Both the position numbers and the translations under genes were made by a program. The notes under the pieces were generated by a model that was not told where the DNA came from, did not search any database, and saw nothing but the letters and a program-made list of their open reading frames with translations. From an uncultured bacterium (GTDB lineage: Bacteria > Patescibacteriota > Minisyncoccia > Moranbacterales > GWC2-37-73): a stretch of 64,000 nt of DNA. Location of the stretch: the NCBI GenBank assembly GCA_903837175.1, contig CAILTR010000050.1, positions 17,513-81,512 on the forward strand, given 5' to 3'. Shown here in pieces: positions 8,924-18,651 of the stretch (position 1 is its first letter; the number at the start of each line of letters is the position of its first letter).

Positions 8924-9907
8924 TTATATTTTTGTACTCTCGGCAATAGACCAACGAGGAAGTTGGTTTTTTATTATAAATCTTTCAGCGTACTTTCTAT
9001 TTTTTTCATGTAAATGCATATAAATAGAATAGAGAATTATTTTTAATAATGATTTTGTTTGAAGATTAGTCCTTGATTTTTTGTTAAAAGCATAATTCCA
9101 GGAAAAATATTCTTCCAAGAATTTTCTCTCCGATCCAAAATAAGAAAATGCCCTTTCTATGCCAGCATGAATCCTGATTTGCTGCATTTTCCATTCTTTA
9201 AAAGAACTTGGCACTTTTATATAAGATATTGAATTTGCTGGCTTAATAATTGACAGCATTCTATTTTGCAGATAATCAGCTTTTCCTTTAATTGCAAAAA
9301 AATCACTCAGAAAAGCATCATCAGTGATACCGACCTCGTCAGCTGGCAATGTTGGAAAATATTTTAAATAAAGACCAAAACTTGGACCTTCGCAAAACCT
9401 TGGGCGCTCAGCTTCTAACAAATATGGCTGAATAATAATATTATGGAAGATCCAACTTAAAACAGCCCTAAAAAATGAATACTTTCGATAGAAAAAGCTA
9501 AATGAATACCCCACGGCAATGAAAGCGGAACCAATTATAAGTGGCCTTGACTTTATGTTTTCCTCTTTAATTAATTCTTCTATATTAATAAGCAATGTTC
9601 CTTTTTCGAGAATTACATCATCATCAAAAAAATGAACGATTTCAATATCATCCATTTTTTTAGCAAATTCAACTATTCTATTTATTGCATTATTTTTCCC
9701 AACTTTTTTTGTAACAATAATATGGCTAGGTATTTCATTATGATCTAAAAAAAATTTATTAACTTCTTTCTCTGTTTTATTATTTTCATCTTCACCATTT
9801 ATACATACCACCACCACAGTATTAAATTTTTTACAACAAGAAATTAATTCGGTTGAAATTATCTTCAGAGAATTATATATATATAAGCCTTGCTTGTTGT
9901 GGTACAA
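8924..9907 (-). CDS. Putative GT-A fold glycosyltransferase.
   Basis: VVVVCINGEDE ... FFDDDV acidic motifs. Confidence 0.45.
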   Translation of the reverse strand: MYHNKQGLYIYNSLKIISTELISCCKKFNTVVVVCINGEDENNKTEKEVNKFFLDHNEIPSHIIVTKKVGKNNAINRIVEFAKKMDDIEIVHFFDDDVILEKGTLLINIEELIKEENIKSRPLIIGSAFIAVGYSFSFFYRKYSFFRAVLSWIFHNIIIQPYLLEAERPRFCEGPSFGLYLKYFPTLPADEVGITDDAFLSDFFAIKGKADYLQNRMLSIIKPANSISYIKVPSSFKEWKMQQIRIHAGIERAFSYFGSERKFLEEYFSWNYAFNKKSRTNLQTKSLLKIILYSIYMHLHEKNRKYAERFIIKNQLPRWSIAESTKI

Positions 9908-9945
9908 ATTCCAATCAAGATTTTCATAACTATTATTTTTTCAAC

Positions 9946-10686
9946 CTATTTATATCCCCTTGTTATTAGGCGTATTTTTACCCTGAATAGATCTCTAAGA
10001 GTTCGAAAAAAACCATTCGGACCAACCAAGGTTACCGCTGAATTCTCCTCATTAAGCCAGCGCACGGGAATTTGTTTTACATTATACCCAAACATGCGAG
10101 CTAAAGCAATCAATTCAAAATCAAAACCAAAGCGATCCACCACCATTCTTTTCGCGACTTCATGCGCAACCTTTCCAGTCATCATCTTAAAACCACATTG
10201 CGTATCCGGAAAACTCCAGAGCCCTAAAACAATGCTAATCAACCAGCTAGCAATTTCTCCCATAATTTCACGCTGTCTTGGTTGACGAATTTGGATAAAG
10301 GCCCCTTTTATTTTTCGAGAACCAACCACAAGATCCGCACCCTTTTTAATTTCTGATAAAGCTTTCTCAACATGCGTAATGGAAGTTGAACCATCCGCAT
10401 CTAAAAAGACCACGTACTGCCCTTTTGATTCTAAGAGACCCTGCCGAACTACGTAGCCCTTGCCATAATTCTCTTTATTTTTAATCACTCGCAAGCTTCT
10501 AATTTGACTAGAATAATTTTGAGCAACTTCAGCGGTATTGTCTGGTGAACCATCCGCTACTACAATGATTTCATAAGTGAAATTTTTAGCACTTAAAAAG
10601 CTTTCGATTTCCAACAAATTACCACCGATCTGTTCTTTCTCCTTATACGCAGGCACTACAACTGATAAATAAATTTTATTTTCCAT
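9946..10686 (-). CDS. Family 2 glycosyltransferase, paralog of 7322-8071.
   Basis: LSVVVPAYKE ... VVADGSPDNT ... DADG motifs. Confidence 0.85.
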   Translation of the reverse strand: MENKIYLSVVVPAYKEKEQIGGNLLEIESFLSAKNFTYEIIVVADGSPDNTAEVAQNYSSQIRSLRVIKNKENYGKGYVVRQGLLESKGQYVVFLDADGSTSITHVEKALSEIKKGADLVVGSRKIKGAFIQIRQPRQREIMGEIASWLISIVLGLWSFPDTQCGFKMMTGKVAHEVAKRMVVDRFGFDFELIALARMFGYNVKQIPVRWLNEENSAVTLVGPNGFFRTLRDLFRVKIRLITRGYK

Positions 10687-10757
10687 CTATAATATCGAAT
10701 AAAATTTAAACCTTCCAAAGAAGATTGAAATTTATTTAAAATAAAAGGGTATTAATA

Positions 10758-10795
10758 CCCCAGGGCAAGCCTGCCTACAGGTAGGCAGGCCCTGG
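10758..10795. repeat. GC-rich quasi-palindromic REP-like element (gcctgcctacaggtaggcaggc core).
   Basis: Imperfect inverted repeat. Same family as 25207-25230, 58392-58418, 58591-58616, 41030-41052 and 42117-42139. Confidence 0.7.
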
Positions 10796-10862
10796 ACCCT
10801 TTGGGTTCATGAGGCAAGCTTCGTCGTAGGCAATCCAACCGTTTGTTATCGTCGCTCGCTCG

Positions 10863-10894
10863 GAAATGAATTCACCAGCTGGCGAATTCATTTC
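10863..10894. promoter_or_regulatory. 14-bp near-perfect inverted repeat gaaatgaattcacc-agct-ggcgaattcatttc. Possible operator site or hairpin.
   Basis: Read directly from the sequence. Contains two EcoRI sites. No T-run follows it. Confidence 0.35.
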
Positions 10895-10974
10895 TCTCAC
10901 CACGCTAGCTAATAAATTCTTACAATCTTATCTTCCCAATATTTAATCTCTTCCTAGCATAACCGGCTTGATAT

Positions 10975-11385
10975 TTAACAATTTTTAATCCTTTCTAACC
11001 AGCCTTGCAAAATAATCCGGGCGGCTTCTTGGTCGTCAAATTGGGCGAGGTTTTTTCCGCCGTGCATTTTAAGATTCTCGTGGGCCATTTTAGTCGTAAA
11101 CATTTCTTCAAAAAATTCAACCGAAACGCCCAGCTTACTTTCAAGTTCCCTGCCAAATTTTAATTTTTCCTCACTACTTTCTAAATCCTTAGCGTGTTTC
11201 GTTTTACCGATAATAATTTTAGTAATATCTTTCTCAAGAATAATTTTTTTTAATTTAGCTTGCAACTGCCGGTCATTCTTCAGGGTTCCCAGAGCAAAAG
11301 CCATTCGCGTCTCGCCATCAGCCAACGCCAAGCCAATTTTAGCTTGCCCAAAATCTAACCCCAAAAAAGAGCTTACCTGAGACAT
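10975..11385 (-). CDS. ruvX: Putative pre-16S rRNA nuclease / Holliday-junction resolvase-like protein YqgF (RuvX).
   Basis: FLGLDFGQAKIGLALAD N-terminus and an RNase H-like fold. The start is probably MSQV at 11385. Confidence 0.8.
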   Translation of the reverse strand: MSQVSSFLGLDFGQAKIGLALADGETRMAFALGTLKNDRQLQAKLKKIILEKDITKIIIGKTKHAKDLESSEEKLKFGRELESKLGVSVEFFEEMFTTKMAHENLKMHGGKNLAQFDDQEAARIILQGWLERIKNC

Positions 11386-11483
11386 ATTTTCACCTCCCAT
11401 TGACTTTTGCATAGTTTTGCTATATAATTAAAAGTTGTCATCTAAAGTATATCATAAACCCTAAAAAACAAGGAGTAACAAAC

Positions 11484-11804
11484 TTGAACAAATGTTTTAT
11501 TACCGCATTCAGCTGTCTTACTTGTTCTATTGCGGCCCACATATTAAAATCTTTCGGGGTAGAGGTAACAACCTCCTTTGATTTAATATCTTTAATACTT
11601 TTTCTTACAGGGTTCATTCTAATCCTGACTGGCTTTAAGAAAATCAGTGAAGAACAAGAACGGCAACAGCTCGCCCGCAACCTAGGTTCTTTTGAGGAAA
11701 AATACGGCAAATTGTCGATTGACACGACAATCAGGAACTCAGAATTTGAAAATAAACCATTCAATATCTCCAAACCTGGATATATTGAAATCTCTCAAAA
11801 TTAA
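11484..11804 (+). CDS. Small membrane protein.
   Basis: AAGGAG sits 8 nt upstream of a TTG start. One to two TM helices. A terminator follows. The overlapping minus-strand ORF has no such support. Confidence 0.45.
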   Translation: MNKCFITAFSCLTCSIAAHILKSFGVEVTTSFDLISLILFLTGFILILTGFKKISEEQERQQLARNLGSFEEKYGKLSIDTTIRNSEFENKPFNISKPGYIEISQN

Positions 11805-11855
11805 AAAAATTATTTATAGACTATAAAGTATTTCTACGAAAATATTTCATAGTCT

Positions 11856-11905
11856 ATAAATCCAACCCCTCTCCAATTTGGATTTATGGGGTCTTTTTTT
11901 ATCCA
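11856..11905 (+). terminator. Rho-independent terminator made of two consecutive hairpins followed by ggggtcttttttt.
   Basis: A 12-bp stem tttatagactat...atagtctataaa, then cccc...gggg followed by T7. Confidence 0.5.
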
Positions 11906-11945
11906 AGATTCTAAAATCCAAAATCTAAAATCTAGAATCTACTTT

Positions 11946-12710
11946 TTACTGCGTCAAAATTTCAACTCCATTTTTAGTAATCAAAATCGTGTTTTCATAG
12001 TGCGCGCTGAGCGAGCCATCTTTGGTTTCGAAAACCCAACCATCGCTACCCAAAACAGTTCTAAAATCTCCCGCGTTAACCATTGGCTCAAGCGCCAAAG
12101 TCATCCCGGCCTTTAATTTTAAATCGCGAAAACCTGCTTCAAAATAATTCGGAACTTGGGGCTCTTCGTGCAAATTCCGGCCAATTCCATGCCCGACTAA
12201 GTTTTTCACCACCGAAAAACCAGCCTTTTTGACAACTTTTTCAGCCGCCTTTGAATAAACGCTCAGCATCACACCTTCTCTTAAGCCCTTAATTCCTTGC
12301 CAAAAAGCTTGCTGCGTAGCCTCCCTTAATTTTTCAGCCTCAATCGAAATTTCTCCAACGGCAAAAGTTCGGGCCATATCCGAAAAAAAGCCATCTATTT
12401 CCAAACCAAGATCAATTTTAAAGATATCACCCACTTTTAAAAGACGCTCCTCGCTTGGAATACCGTGGACGACTTCACTATTGATTGAGGCGCAAATCGT
12501 AGCTGGAAAAGGATTCTTACCTCCACCGTAACCTTTAAAAGCCGGCTGGCCACCACGCTCTAAGATAAGCTTCTCTGCTAGTTGATCTATCTCTAAAGTC
12601 GAAACGCCAGGCCTAATTTCTTTTTCAAGCCGCTGCATCACCTCTGCTAGTTTTTTACCAGCCAAGCGCATAATAGCGAGTTCAGATTCAGTTTTAATGT
12701 GAATAGACAT
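11946..12710 (-). CDS. map: Methionine aminopeptidase type I.
   Basis: Pita-bread fold motifs, with H, D, D, H, E, E metal ligands in the expected order. Confidence 0.92.
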   Translation of the reverse strand: MSIHIKTESELAIMRLAGKKLAEVMQRLEKEIRPGVSTLEIDQLAEKLILERGGQPAFKGYGGGKNPFPATICASINSEVVHGIPSEERLLKVGDIFKIDLGLEIDGFFSDMARTFAVGEISIEAEKLREATQQAFWQGIKGLREGVMLSVYSKAAEKVVKKAGFSVVKNLVGHGIGRNLHEEPQVPNYFEAGFRDLKLKAGMTLALEPMVNAGDFRTVLGSDGWVFETKDGSLSAHYENTILITKNGVEILTQ

Positions 12711-12736
12711 ACACTAATAATTTTAAATTTCAAATT

Positions 12737-13381
12737 TCAAATTTCAAATTTTGAAATTATGTCTTCAAATACCTCCTCCATCCCCTTGCCTCCATCAACC
12801 TCAATTAAGAGGCCTTTTTTTCGATAGGCTTCAACGACGGGCATAGTTGTATTATAGAAAATATCTAGTCGTTTAACAATACCTTCTGGCGTATCATCAC
12901 TACGTTGAGCTATTTGGCCACCGCAAAAAGGACAAATGTCATTAGCAAGTTCGACGTGCTTGCCTAAAATAATAGGTTTAGCGCAACTCGTACAAGCAAA
13001 GCGCCTAGTTATCCTAGCTACCGACTCACCATAAGGGAGCGAGATATAAATTGCCCTATCGATCGATCGGTTTTGAGCTTTCATTATTTTTTCTACTGGC
13101 TGGATTTGCCCAAGAGTACGCGGAGCGCTATCTAAAATGACCCCCTTATCGGGTGAAATTTTTTCTAAGTGATGCACTAGGAAATCCACCGTTATTTCAT
13201 CTGGAATCAGCTCTCTACTTTCACTCAAATCTTTTATCTTAACCCCCAACGGAGAATCAAGTTTAGCGACATCACGAAAAATCTGTCCGGTTTCAATGTG
13301 GGACAGATTAAATTTCTCAGCTAATTTTTCAGCCTGCGTCCCCTTGCCAGAGCCCTGGGGACCGAAGATAATTAAATTCAT
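12737..13381 (-). CDS. adk: Adenylate kinase with a Cys4 zinc lid.
   Basis: GPQGSGKGTQ P-loop and a CTSC...CPFCGG lid. The start is MNLII at 13381; the upstream extension lies in a CATGGAA repeat. Confidence 0.92.
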   Translation of the reverse strand: MNLIIFGPQGSGKGTQAEKLAEKFNLSHIETGQIFRDVAKLDSPLGVKIKDLSESRELIPDEITVDFLVHHLEKISPDKGVILDSAPRTLGQIQPVEKIMKAQNRSIDRAIYISLPYGESVARITRRFACTSCAKPIILGKHVELANDICPFCGGQIAQRSDDTPEGIVKRLDIFYNTTMPVVEAYRKKGLLIEVDGGKGMEEVFEDIISKFEI

Positions 13382-13385
13382 TAAA

Positions 13386-13446
13386 CATGGAACATGGAAC
13401 ATGAAACATGGAACAAAAATGCTCTATGCTCTATGCTCTATGTTTT
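13386..13446. repeat. CATGGAA heptamer microsatellite plus a gctctat tandem.
   Basis: catggaacatggaacatgaaacatggaac...gctctatgctctatgctctatg. Confidence 0.85.
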
Positions 13447-13453
13447 GTGACTT

Positions 13454-14725
13454 TTAAAATCCTTCATAATCTCGCATTACCAACTGCCCTTCGATTTGTT
13501 TAATCGTTTCAATCACCACCGAAACTACAATCAAAATACTCGTGCCGCCAATTCGTAGCGTTTGAATATTTGTTAGACCTTGCACAATAAAAGGGAGTAC
13601 AGCAATCGCCCCCAGAAACAAAGCCCCTGCTAATGTAATTCGGTTCATGATTTTATAAAGATAGTCAGCTGTAGTTTTTCCTGGGCGAATGCCTGGAATA
13701 TAGCCACCTTGCTTTTGGAGATTTTCTGAAATTTTTACGGGATCAAAAACCACCGCCGTATAAAAGTAAGTAAACATCACAATTAAGACAAAGTACATAC
13801 TGCTATAAAAAACTTGATTTTGAAATAAAGTATTTACGTTAGTCGCTAGCTGAGCTACAGTTTCGTTACTGGCTTTCGTTAAAAAAGTTGCAATCATTCC
13901 TGGGAAAAGCATAATGGACATCGCGAAAATAATTGGGATCACGCCAGCTTGATTAACGCGCAGTGGTAAGTGCGAAGACGCCCCACCATAGGTATTACCC
14001 CCGTGCACGCGTTTTGCGTAAGAAACCGCAATATTGCGCTGTCCTTCGGTAATTAAAACTACCCCGGCAATCGTAACTAGCATCACCGCTAAAATAATTG
14101 CGTAAGTAAAAAACTGAGTTGAATCAAAAGTTAAAAATAGCTTTGAGGCTGAAGACGGTAGACTGCTAACAATCCCAGCAAAGATGATTAATGAAACTCC
14201 ATTTCCAATCCCCTTTTCTGTAATAAGCTCTCCGAGCCACATCAAGAAAATCGTCCCTGTTGTTGCAATTAGCACTAACACTGCCATTTCAAAGGGCGAT
14301 AGAACCCCAATAACATTCTGCGAACGCAGTAAGGTTACTAAACCAAAAGTTTGCATTATTGCCAAAGGAACCGTTAGCCAACGCGTCCACATATTAAATT
14401 TCTGCCTACCCGCCTCACCTTCTTCTTTGTAGATTTGTTCAATCCTGGGTACTATCATCGTGAGCAGTTGCATAATAATCGAAGCTGTAATGTAAGGACC
14501 CACGCCCAACATCACAATCGAAATATTCGTGAGACCCCCTCCCGAAAAAACGTTTAGCATTCCTAGTAGTTGATTACCTTCAAAAAGACGACGCAATTGT
14601 TCACTATCAACCCCCGGAAGCGGAATATTAGCCGCTACCCGGAAAACAATAAGAATCCCCAGAATGAAGAGGATCTTATTGCGAAGTTCTTTTATTTTGA
14701 AAATTTGAGTTATCTTGTCTAACAT
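13454..14725 (-). CDS. secY: Preprotein translocase SecY.
   Basis: Ten TM helices and conserved SecY motifs. Confidence 0.95.
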   Translation of the reverse strand: MLDKITQIFKIKELRNKILFILGILIVFRVAANIPLPGVDSEQLRRLFEGNQLLGMLNVFSGGGLTNISIVMLGVGPYITASIIMQLLTMIVPRIEQIYKEEGEAGRQKFNMWTRWLTVPLAIMQTFGLVTLLRSQNVIGVLSPFEMAVLVLIATTGTIFLMWLGELITEKGIGNGVSLIIFAGIVSSLPSSASKLFLTFDSTQFFTYAIILAVMLVTIAGVVLITEGQRNIAVSYAKRVHGGNTYGGASSHLPLRVNQAGVIPIIFAMSIMLFPGMIATFLTKASNETVAQLATNVNTLFQNQVFYSSMYFVLIVMFTYFYTAVVFDPVKISENLQKQGGYIPGIRPGKTTADYLYKIMNRITLAGALFLGAIAVLPFIVQGLTNIQTLRIGGTSILIVVSVVIETIKQIEGQLVMRDYEGF

Positions 14726-14730
14726 AAAAT

Positions 14731-14818
14731 AGCTTCACTAGCTTCACTAGCTTCACTAGCTTATAGCCCATTTTTAGAAAAAATTCTAAAAGCTAAAAAC
14801 TAAAAGCTAAAAGCTATT
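14731..14818. repeat. Tandem cttcactag x3 plus Family D agctaaaagcta repeats between rplO and secY.
   Basis: agcttcactagcttcactagcttcactagc ... ctaaaagctaaaaactaaaagctaaaagcta. Confidence 0.85.
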
Positions 14819-15251
14819 CTTTAATGGTTCCTCCTGCTTTCATTATAACATCTTTAGCAGTTTGTGAAAGGAGTAGCTCCTTCTCAATTGTCAGCTTCTT
14901 AGAAAGATCACCAGTGCTTAAAATTTTCACCCCATCTTTAGCATCTTTCTTGGAAATAACTTTCTTTGCAATTAAAGTTTCGATTGAAACTAGCTCGCCA
15001 TCTTTAAAGTTCTTTTCCAAATCAAAGATTTTAACAACCGTCTTTTTTGGAGTTCTAGATTTAAAACCGCGAACTTTCTTTAGACGTTCTGTCAAGGAGG
15101 ATCTTCCACCTTCAAACAAAGGATCAATCGCTGCTCCTGAGCGGGCTTTTTGACCTTTGTTTCCACGTCCAGAATATGTTCCGCGCTTTCCTCCGCGACC
15201 AACAGTTTTCTTTGGTTTTCTTTTCTTAAGTGTAAGTTGATGAATTTGCAT
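14814..15251 (-). CDS. rplO: Ribosomal protein L15.
   Basis: RGGKRGTYSGRGNKGQK motif. Start is MQIHQL at 15251. Confidence 0.9.
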   Translation of the reverse strand: MQIHQLTLKKRKPKKTVGRGGKRGTYSGRGNKGQKARSGAAIDPLFEGGRSSLTERLKKVRGFKSRTPKKTVVKIFDLEKNFKDGELVSIETLIAKKVISKKDAKDGVKILSTGDLSKKLTIEKELLLSQTAKDVIMKAGGTIKE

Positions 15252-15275
15252 ATGTTTTATATCTCTAATCAACAC

Positions 15276-15363
15276 TAATTATTTCACTAATTATCTCTAA
15301 TATCTTTCAATTTATATTCGCGAACATTCGAGAAAAATTCGTGTCGATTCGCGATTTATATCC
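15276..15363. repeat. Family A intergenic element, copy 1.
   Basis: ...ctctaatcaacactaattatttcactaattatctctaat...attcgcgaacattcgagaaaaattcgtgtcgattcgcgat... Confidence 0.85.
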
Positions 15364-15870
15364 TTAAGCTTCCTTAACCACGACCGCCTCAGCCTTAATC
15401 CTTGGCTCCTTTAGACTTCGCAAAGCTTCAATTGTTGCTCTGGCAACGTTTAATTTATTTGAAGTTCCCAGTGATTTTGAAACAATATCCCGGATTCCAG
15501 CCAAATCAACCACTGCGCGGACAGCTCCTCCAGCAATCACCCCTCGTCCTTCAGCCGCTGGCTTAAGTAAAATTTTAGCACTACCCTTTTTCATTTGAAC
15601 ATCATGCGGGATAGTATTTGCAGATAATTTTACAGTTATCATGCATTTTTTAGCATCGTTGTAAGCTTTTTGGATTGCATCAGAAACATCAGATCCTTTA
15701 GCTACCCCAACCCCAACTTGTCCCTTACGATTTCCGATTACGAGGGTTGCGCGAAAACGAAATCTTCGTCCGCCTTTAACTACGCGAGTAACTCTAGCCA
15801 AATCTAAAAGCTTTTGCTCAAATTCTGGCTTTTCTCTTCTCACTGGTTTTTTGCCTGATCTTTTATCCAT
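15364..15870 (-). CDS. rpsE: Ribosomal protein S5.
   Basis: Conserved S5 sequence. Confidence 0.95.
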   Translation of the reverse strand: MDKRSGKKPVRREKPEFEQKLLDLARVTRVVKGGRRFRFRATLVIGNRKGQVGVGVAKGSDVSDAIQKAYNDAKKCMITVKLSANTIPHDVQMKKGSAKILLKPAAEGRGVIAGGAVRAVVDLAGIRDIVSKSLGTSNKLNVARATIEALRSLKEPRIKAEAVVVKEA

Positions 15871-15983
15871 AATGTTATAAATCTCTAATTAACGCTAATC
15901 TTATCACTAATTATCTCTAATATTTTTCAAATTATATTCGCGAATATTCGAGAAAAATTCGTGTTGATTCGCGATTGATATCC
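15871..15983. repeat. Family A element, copy 2.
   Basis: Same consensus, with four phased ATTCG pentamers. Confidence 0.85.
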
Positions 15984-16334
15984 TTAAAATTTGAGTCCGC
16001 CTTCTCGAGCTCCTTCAGCTAAAGCCTTAACTCTTCCATGATATTGATAACCCGATCTATCGAAAGTCACAGTTTCTATCTTTAAAGCAAGACATTTTTC
16101 AGCAATTAATTTTCCAACTTCCTTGGCGCCTTCAATCGTATTTGAACTCTTCTTAATTTCTGAAAGTTTTGCGCTAGCCAAAGTTTTTCCAGTAGTATCA
16201 TCAATCGCTTGAGCATAAATACTTTTCAAGCTTTTAAAAACCGACAAACGCGGTCGCTCAGCGCTACCTGAAATTTTTGCGCGCACACGACGTTTTCGTT
16301 GCAAACGACTACTATTGTTACTTGGTTTTTTCAT
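15984..16334 (-). CDS. rplR: Ribosomal protein L18.
   Basis: Conserved L18 sequence. Confidence 0.93.
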   Translation of the reverse strand: MKKPSNNSSRLQRKRRVRAKISGSAERPRLSVFKSLKSIYAQAIDDTTGKTLASAKLSEIKKSSNTIEGAKEVGKLIAEKCLALKIETVTFDRSGYQYHGRVKALAEGAREGGLKF

Positions 16335-16444
16335 AATGGTATAAATCTCTAATCAACACTAATTATTTCACTAATTATCTCTAATATTTTTAATTATATT
16401 CGCGAACATTCGAGAAAAATTCGTGTCGATTCGCGATTTATTTC
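16335..16444. repeat. Family A element, copy 3.
   Basis: Same consensus. Confidence 0.85.
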
Positions 16445-16981
16445 TTACTTGGATGATTTCTTGCCTTCTTTTCTGCGAACATGTTCTCCGGTGTATTTAA
16501 AGCCTTTTCCTTTATACGGTTCTACTGGCTTAAGCGCTCTGATATTGGCTGAAAATTGTCCAACTTCATGCTTATCAATCCCGGAAACGGTCATTGTATT
16601 TCCTTCAATAATGATTTCAAGCGTTTCTGGAATTTGAACTTCAACTGGGTGTGAAAAACCAAGCGCTAAATTAATTTTCTTACCTGCTACTGCCATACGG
16701 AAACCAACTCCGTTAAGTTCAAGTTGTTTTTTAAAACCAACGGTTACGCCTTCAAACATATTTTCAATAATCCTAGCAGTTGTACCCCAAATCGCTGGCG
16801 CATTTTTTCCTTTTCCTACTTTCGCAACTAAGATAGTTTCCGGTGAAATTTCAATAACGACATCTTCATGATGCTCAAATTTAAGAGTGCCCTTTGGCCC
16901 TTTAACGGAAACCAAATTCTTATCTACAGCGATAGTCACTCCCTGAGGAATAGCTACAGGTTTTTTTCCAATTCTACTCAT
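16445..16981 (-). CDS. rplF: Ribosomal protein L6.
   Basis: Conserved L6 sequence. Confidence 0.95.
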   Translation of the reverse strand: MSRIGKKPVAIPQGVTIAVDKNLVSVKGPKGTLKFEHHEDVVIEISPETILVAKVGKGKNAPAIWGTTARIIENMFEGVTVGFKKQLELNGVGFRMAVAGKKINLALGFSHPVEVQIPETLEIIIEGNTMTVSGIDKHEVGQFSANIRALKPVEPYKGKGFKYTGEHVRRKEGKKSSK

Positions 16982-17094
16982 AATGTTATAAATCTCTAAT
17001 CAACACTAATTATTTCGCTAATTATCCCTAATATTTTTTAAATTATATTCGCGAACATTCGAGAAAAATTCGTGTCGATTCGCGATTTATATAA
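16982..17094. repeat. Family A element, copy 4.
   Basis: Same consensus. Confidence 0.85.
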
Positions 17095-17499
17095 TTACCA
17101 GACTTCACAAATTATTTCACCACCTAAACCGAGTTTTCTTGCGCTATCTCCTGTCATGATTCCTTTCGAAGTGGAAACAATTGAAATCCCATAGCCATTC
17201 TTGATTCGCTTGATATCATTTTTCTTCACATAGATCCGCTGGCCCTGTCTACTTACTCGCTTTATTTCTCTAATGGCCGGATTTTTCTCAGTGTTTGAAA
17301 CAACCTCATACTTCAAAGTTATATTGAGGACTGGAAATTTTTCTCCGTCTTCTTTTTTCACAGCTTGAATAAAATTTCGTTGCTGCAAAATTTGAGCAAT
17401 TGAATATTTTAACTTCGAAAAAGGAACCGAAACTTTTGCATGTTTCGCTCGCTGTGCATTTCGAATTCTTGTAAGCATGTCTGCTATTGGATCTAACAT
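17095..17499 (-). CDS. rpsH: Ribosomal protein S8.
   Basis: MLDPIADMLTRIRNA N-terminus. Confidence 0.95.
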   Translation of the reverse strand: MLDPIADMLTRIRNAQRAKHAKVSVPFSKLKYSIAQILQQRNFIQAVKKEDGEKFPVLNITLKYEVVSNTEKNPAIREIKRVSRQGQRIYVKKNDIKRIKNGYGISIVSTSKGIMTGDSARKLGLGGEIICEVW

Positions 17500-17639
17500 A
17501 TTCTAATTCATTATCCTAATTATATTTAAATGATATAAATCGCCAATCTTCACTAATCTTTTCACTAATAATCACTAATTTTGAAATTTTATTTGCGATT
17601 ATTCGAGATACTATTTGAGTTGATTCGTGATTTATAATG
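17500..17639. repeat. Family A element, copy 5 (divergent).
   Basis: ...cactaat...attcgagatactatttgagttgattcgtgat... Confidence 0.6.
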
Positions 17640-17825
17640 CTACCAACTACTTTTCTTTACTCCGGGCAATTCACCTTTACTTGCTAATTCGCGAAAGCAA
17701 ATTCTGCAAATATCAAATGCTCGAAGATAACCATGTTTTCGACCACAACGCCAACACCTTCGCACAATCCGTGTCGAAAATTTTGGTTTCTTCTCTGCTC
17801 TAGCTTGGGTAGATGTTTTCGCCAT
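17640..17825 (-). CDS. rpsZ: Ribosomal protein S14 type Z (zinc-binding).
   Basis: 61 aa with CWRCGRKHG...CRIC. Confidence 0.93.
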   Translation of the reverse strand: MAKTSTQARAEKKPKFSTRIVRRCWRCGRKHGYLRAFDICRICFRELASKGELPGVKKSSW

Positions 17826-17995
17826 TTTTGTCTATGAGCGGAGCGAGTAGCTACAAAAATGAGCGTCCCGCACCAATTCTTAAATTAAACTTTATCTTAT
17901 ATCAAACTGAGCCGTAGGCGAATTCCGAAAGAAAATTTCAATTCTACTTAAAAACTTCTTTCGGAATTGTTTGCGGGACAGCCATCACAATTTAT
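17826..17995. promoter_or_regulatory. Structured 170-nt spacer between rplE and rpsZ built from nested inverted repeats.
   Basis: Outer gtcccgca (17865-17872) pairs with tgcgggac (17972-17979). An inner perfect 11-bp stem ttccgaaagaa (17924-17934) pairs with ttctttcggaa (17957-17967). Confidence 0.5.
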
Positions 17996-18544
17996 TTATT
18001 CGCTTTTCAGTGGAAATCCTAATAATTTAAATAATTCCAATCCCTGCTCTTGTGAAACAGCACTAGTTGAAACTGTTACTTGCAATCCAAAAGTGTGTTT
18101 TACTCGTTCAGGTGAAATTTCAGGAAAAATTAAATGCTCTCTAATTCCAATATTAATGTTGCCACTCGTATCAACCGATTTTCTACCAATTCCCTGGAAA
18201 TCTCGCGTTCTTGGAAGGGTTGCTACAATCAATCTATCAATAAACTGCCACATTCTTGCTCCGCGCAAAGTTACTTTCACACCGACTTCCATGCCTTCTC
18301 TAGTCTTAAAGCCGGCGATTGCTTTCTTAGCTTTCGTCTTAACTGGTTTTTGACCAGTAATCGCAGTTAGTGTATTGACGATCTCTTCAATTTTATCATT
18401 TTCTTTGACAATTTTTCCAATTCCAACATTAACAACCACTTTCTGAATGCGAGGTACTGCCATAACACTCTTATAGCCAAACTTTTCTTGCATTTGCTTT
18501 GCAACTGTTTTGGAATATTTTTCTTTTGCTGGAATTATTTTCAT
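17996..18544 (-). CDS. rplE: Ribosomal protein L5.
   Basis: Conserved L5 sequence. Confidence 0.95.
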   Translation of the reverse strand: MKIIPAKEKYSKTVAKQMQEKFGYKSVMAVPRIQKVVVNVGIGKIVKENDKIEEIVNTLTAITGQKPVKTKAKKAIAGFKTREGMEVGVKVTLRGARMWQFIDRLIVATLPRTRDFQGIGRKSVDTSGNINIGIREHLIFPEISPERVKHTFGLQVTVSTSAVSQEQGLELFKLLGFPLKSE

Positions 18545-18651
18545 AATAGTATAAATCTCTAATTAATCACTAATCTATTTCACTAATTATCCCTAATGTT
18601 TTTTATTCGCGACTATTCGAGAAAAATTCGTGTCGATTCGCGATTTATTTT
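18545..18651. repeat. Family A element, copy 6.
   Basis: Same consensus. Confidence 0.85.

Noticed and set aside
11438-11773. Minus-strand 111-aa ORF overlapping the plus-strand small membrane protein gene.
   Set aside because: It has no RBS or start context. The plus-strand ORF has an AAGGAG RBS, TM helices and a downstream terminator. Only one of the two is likely real.
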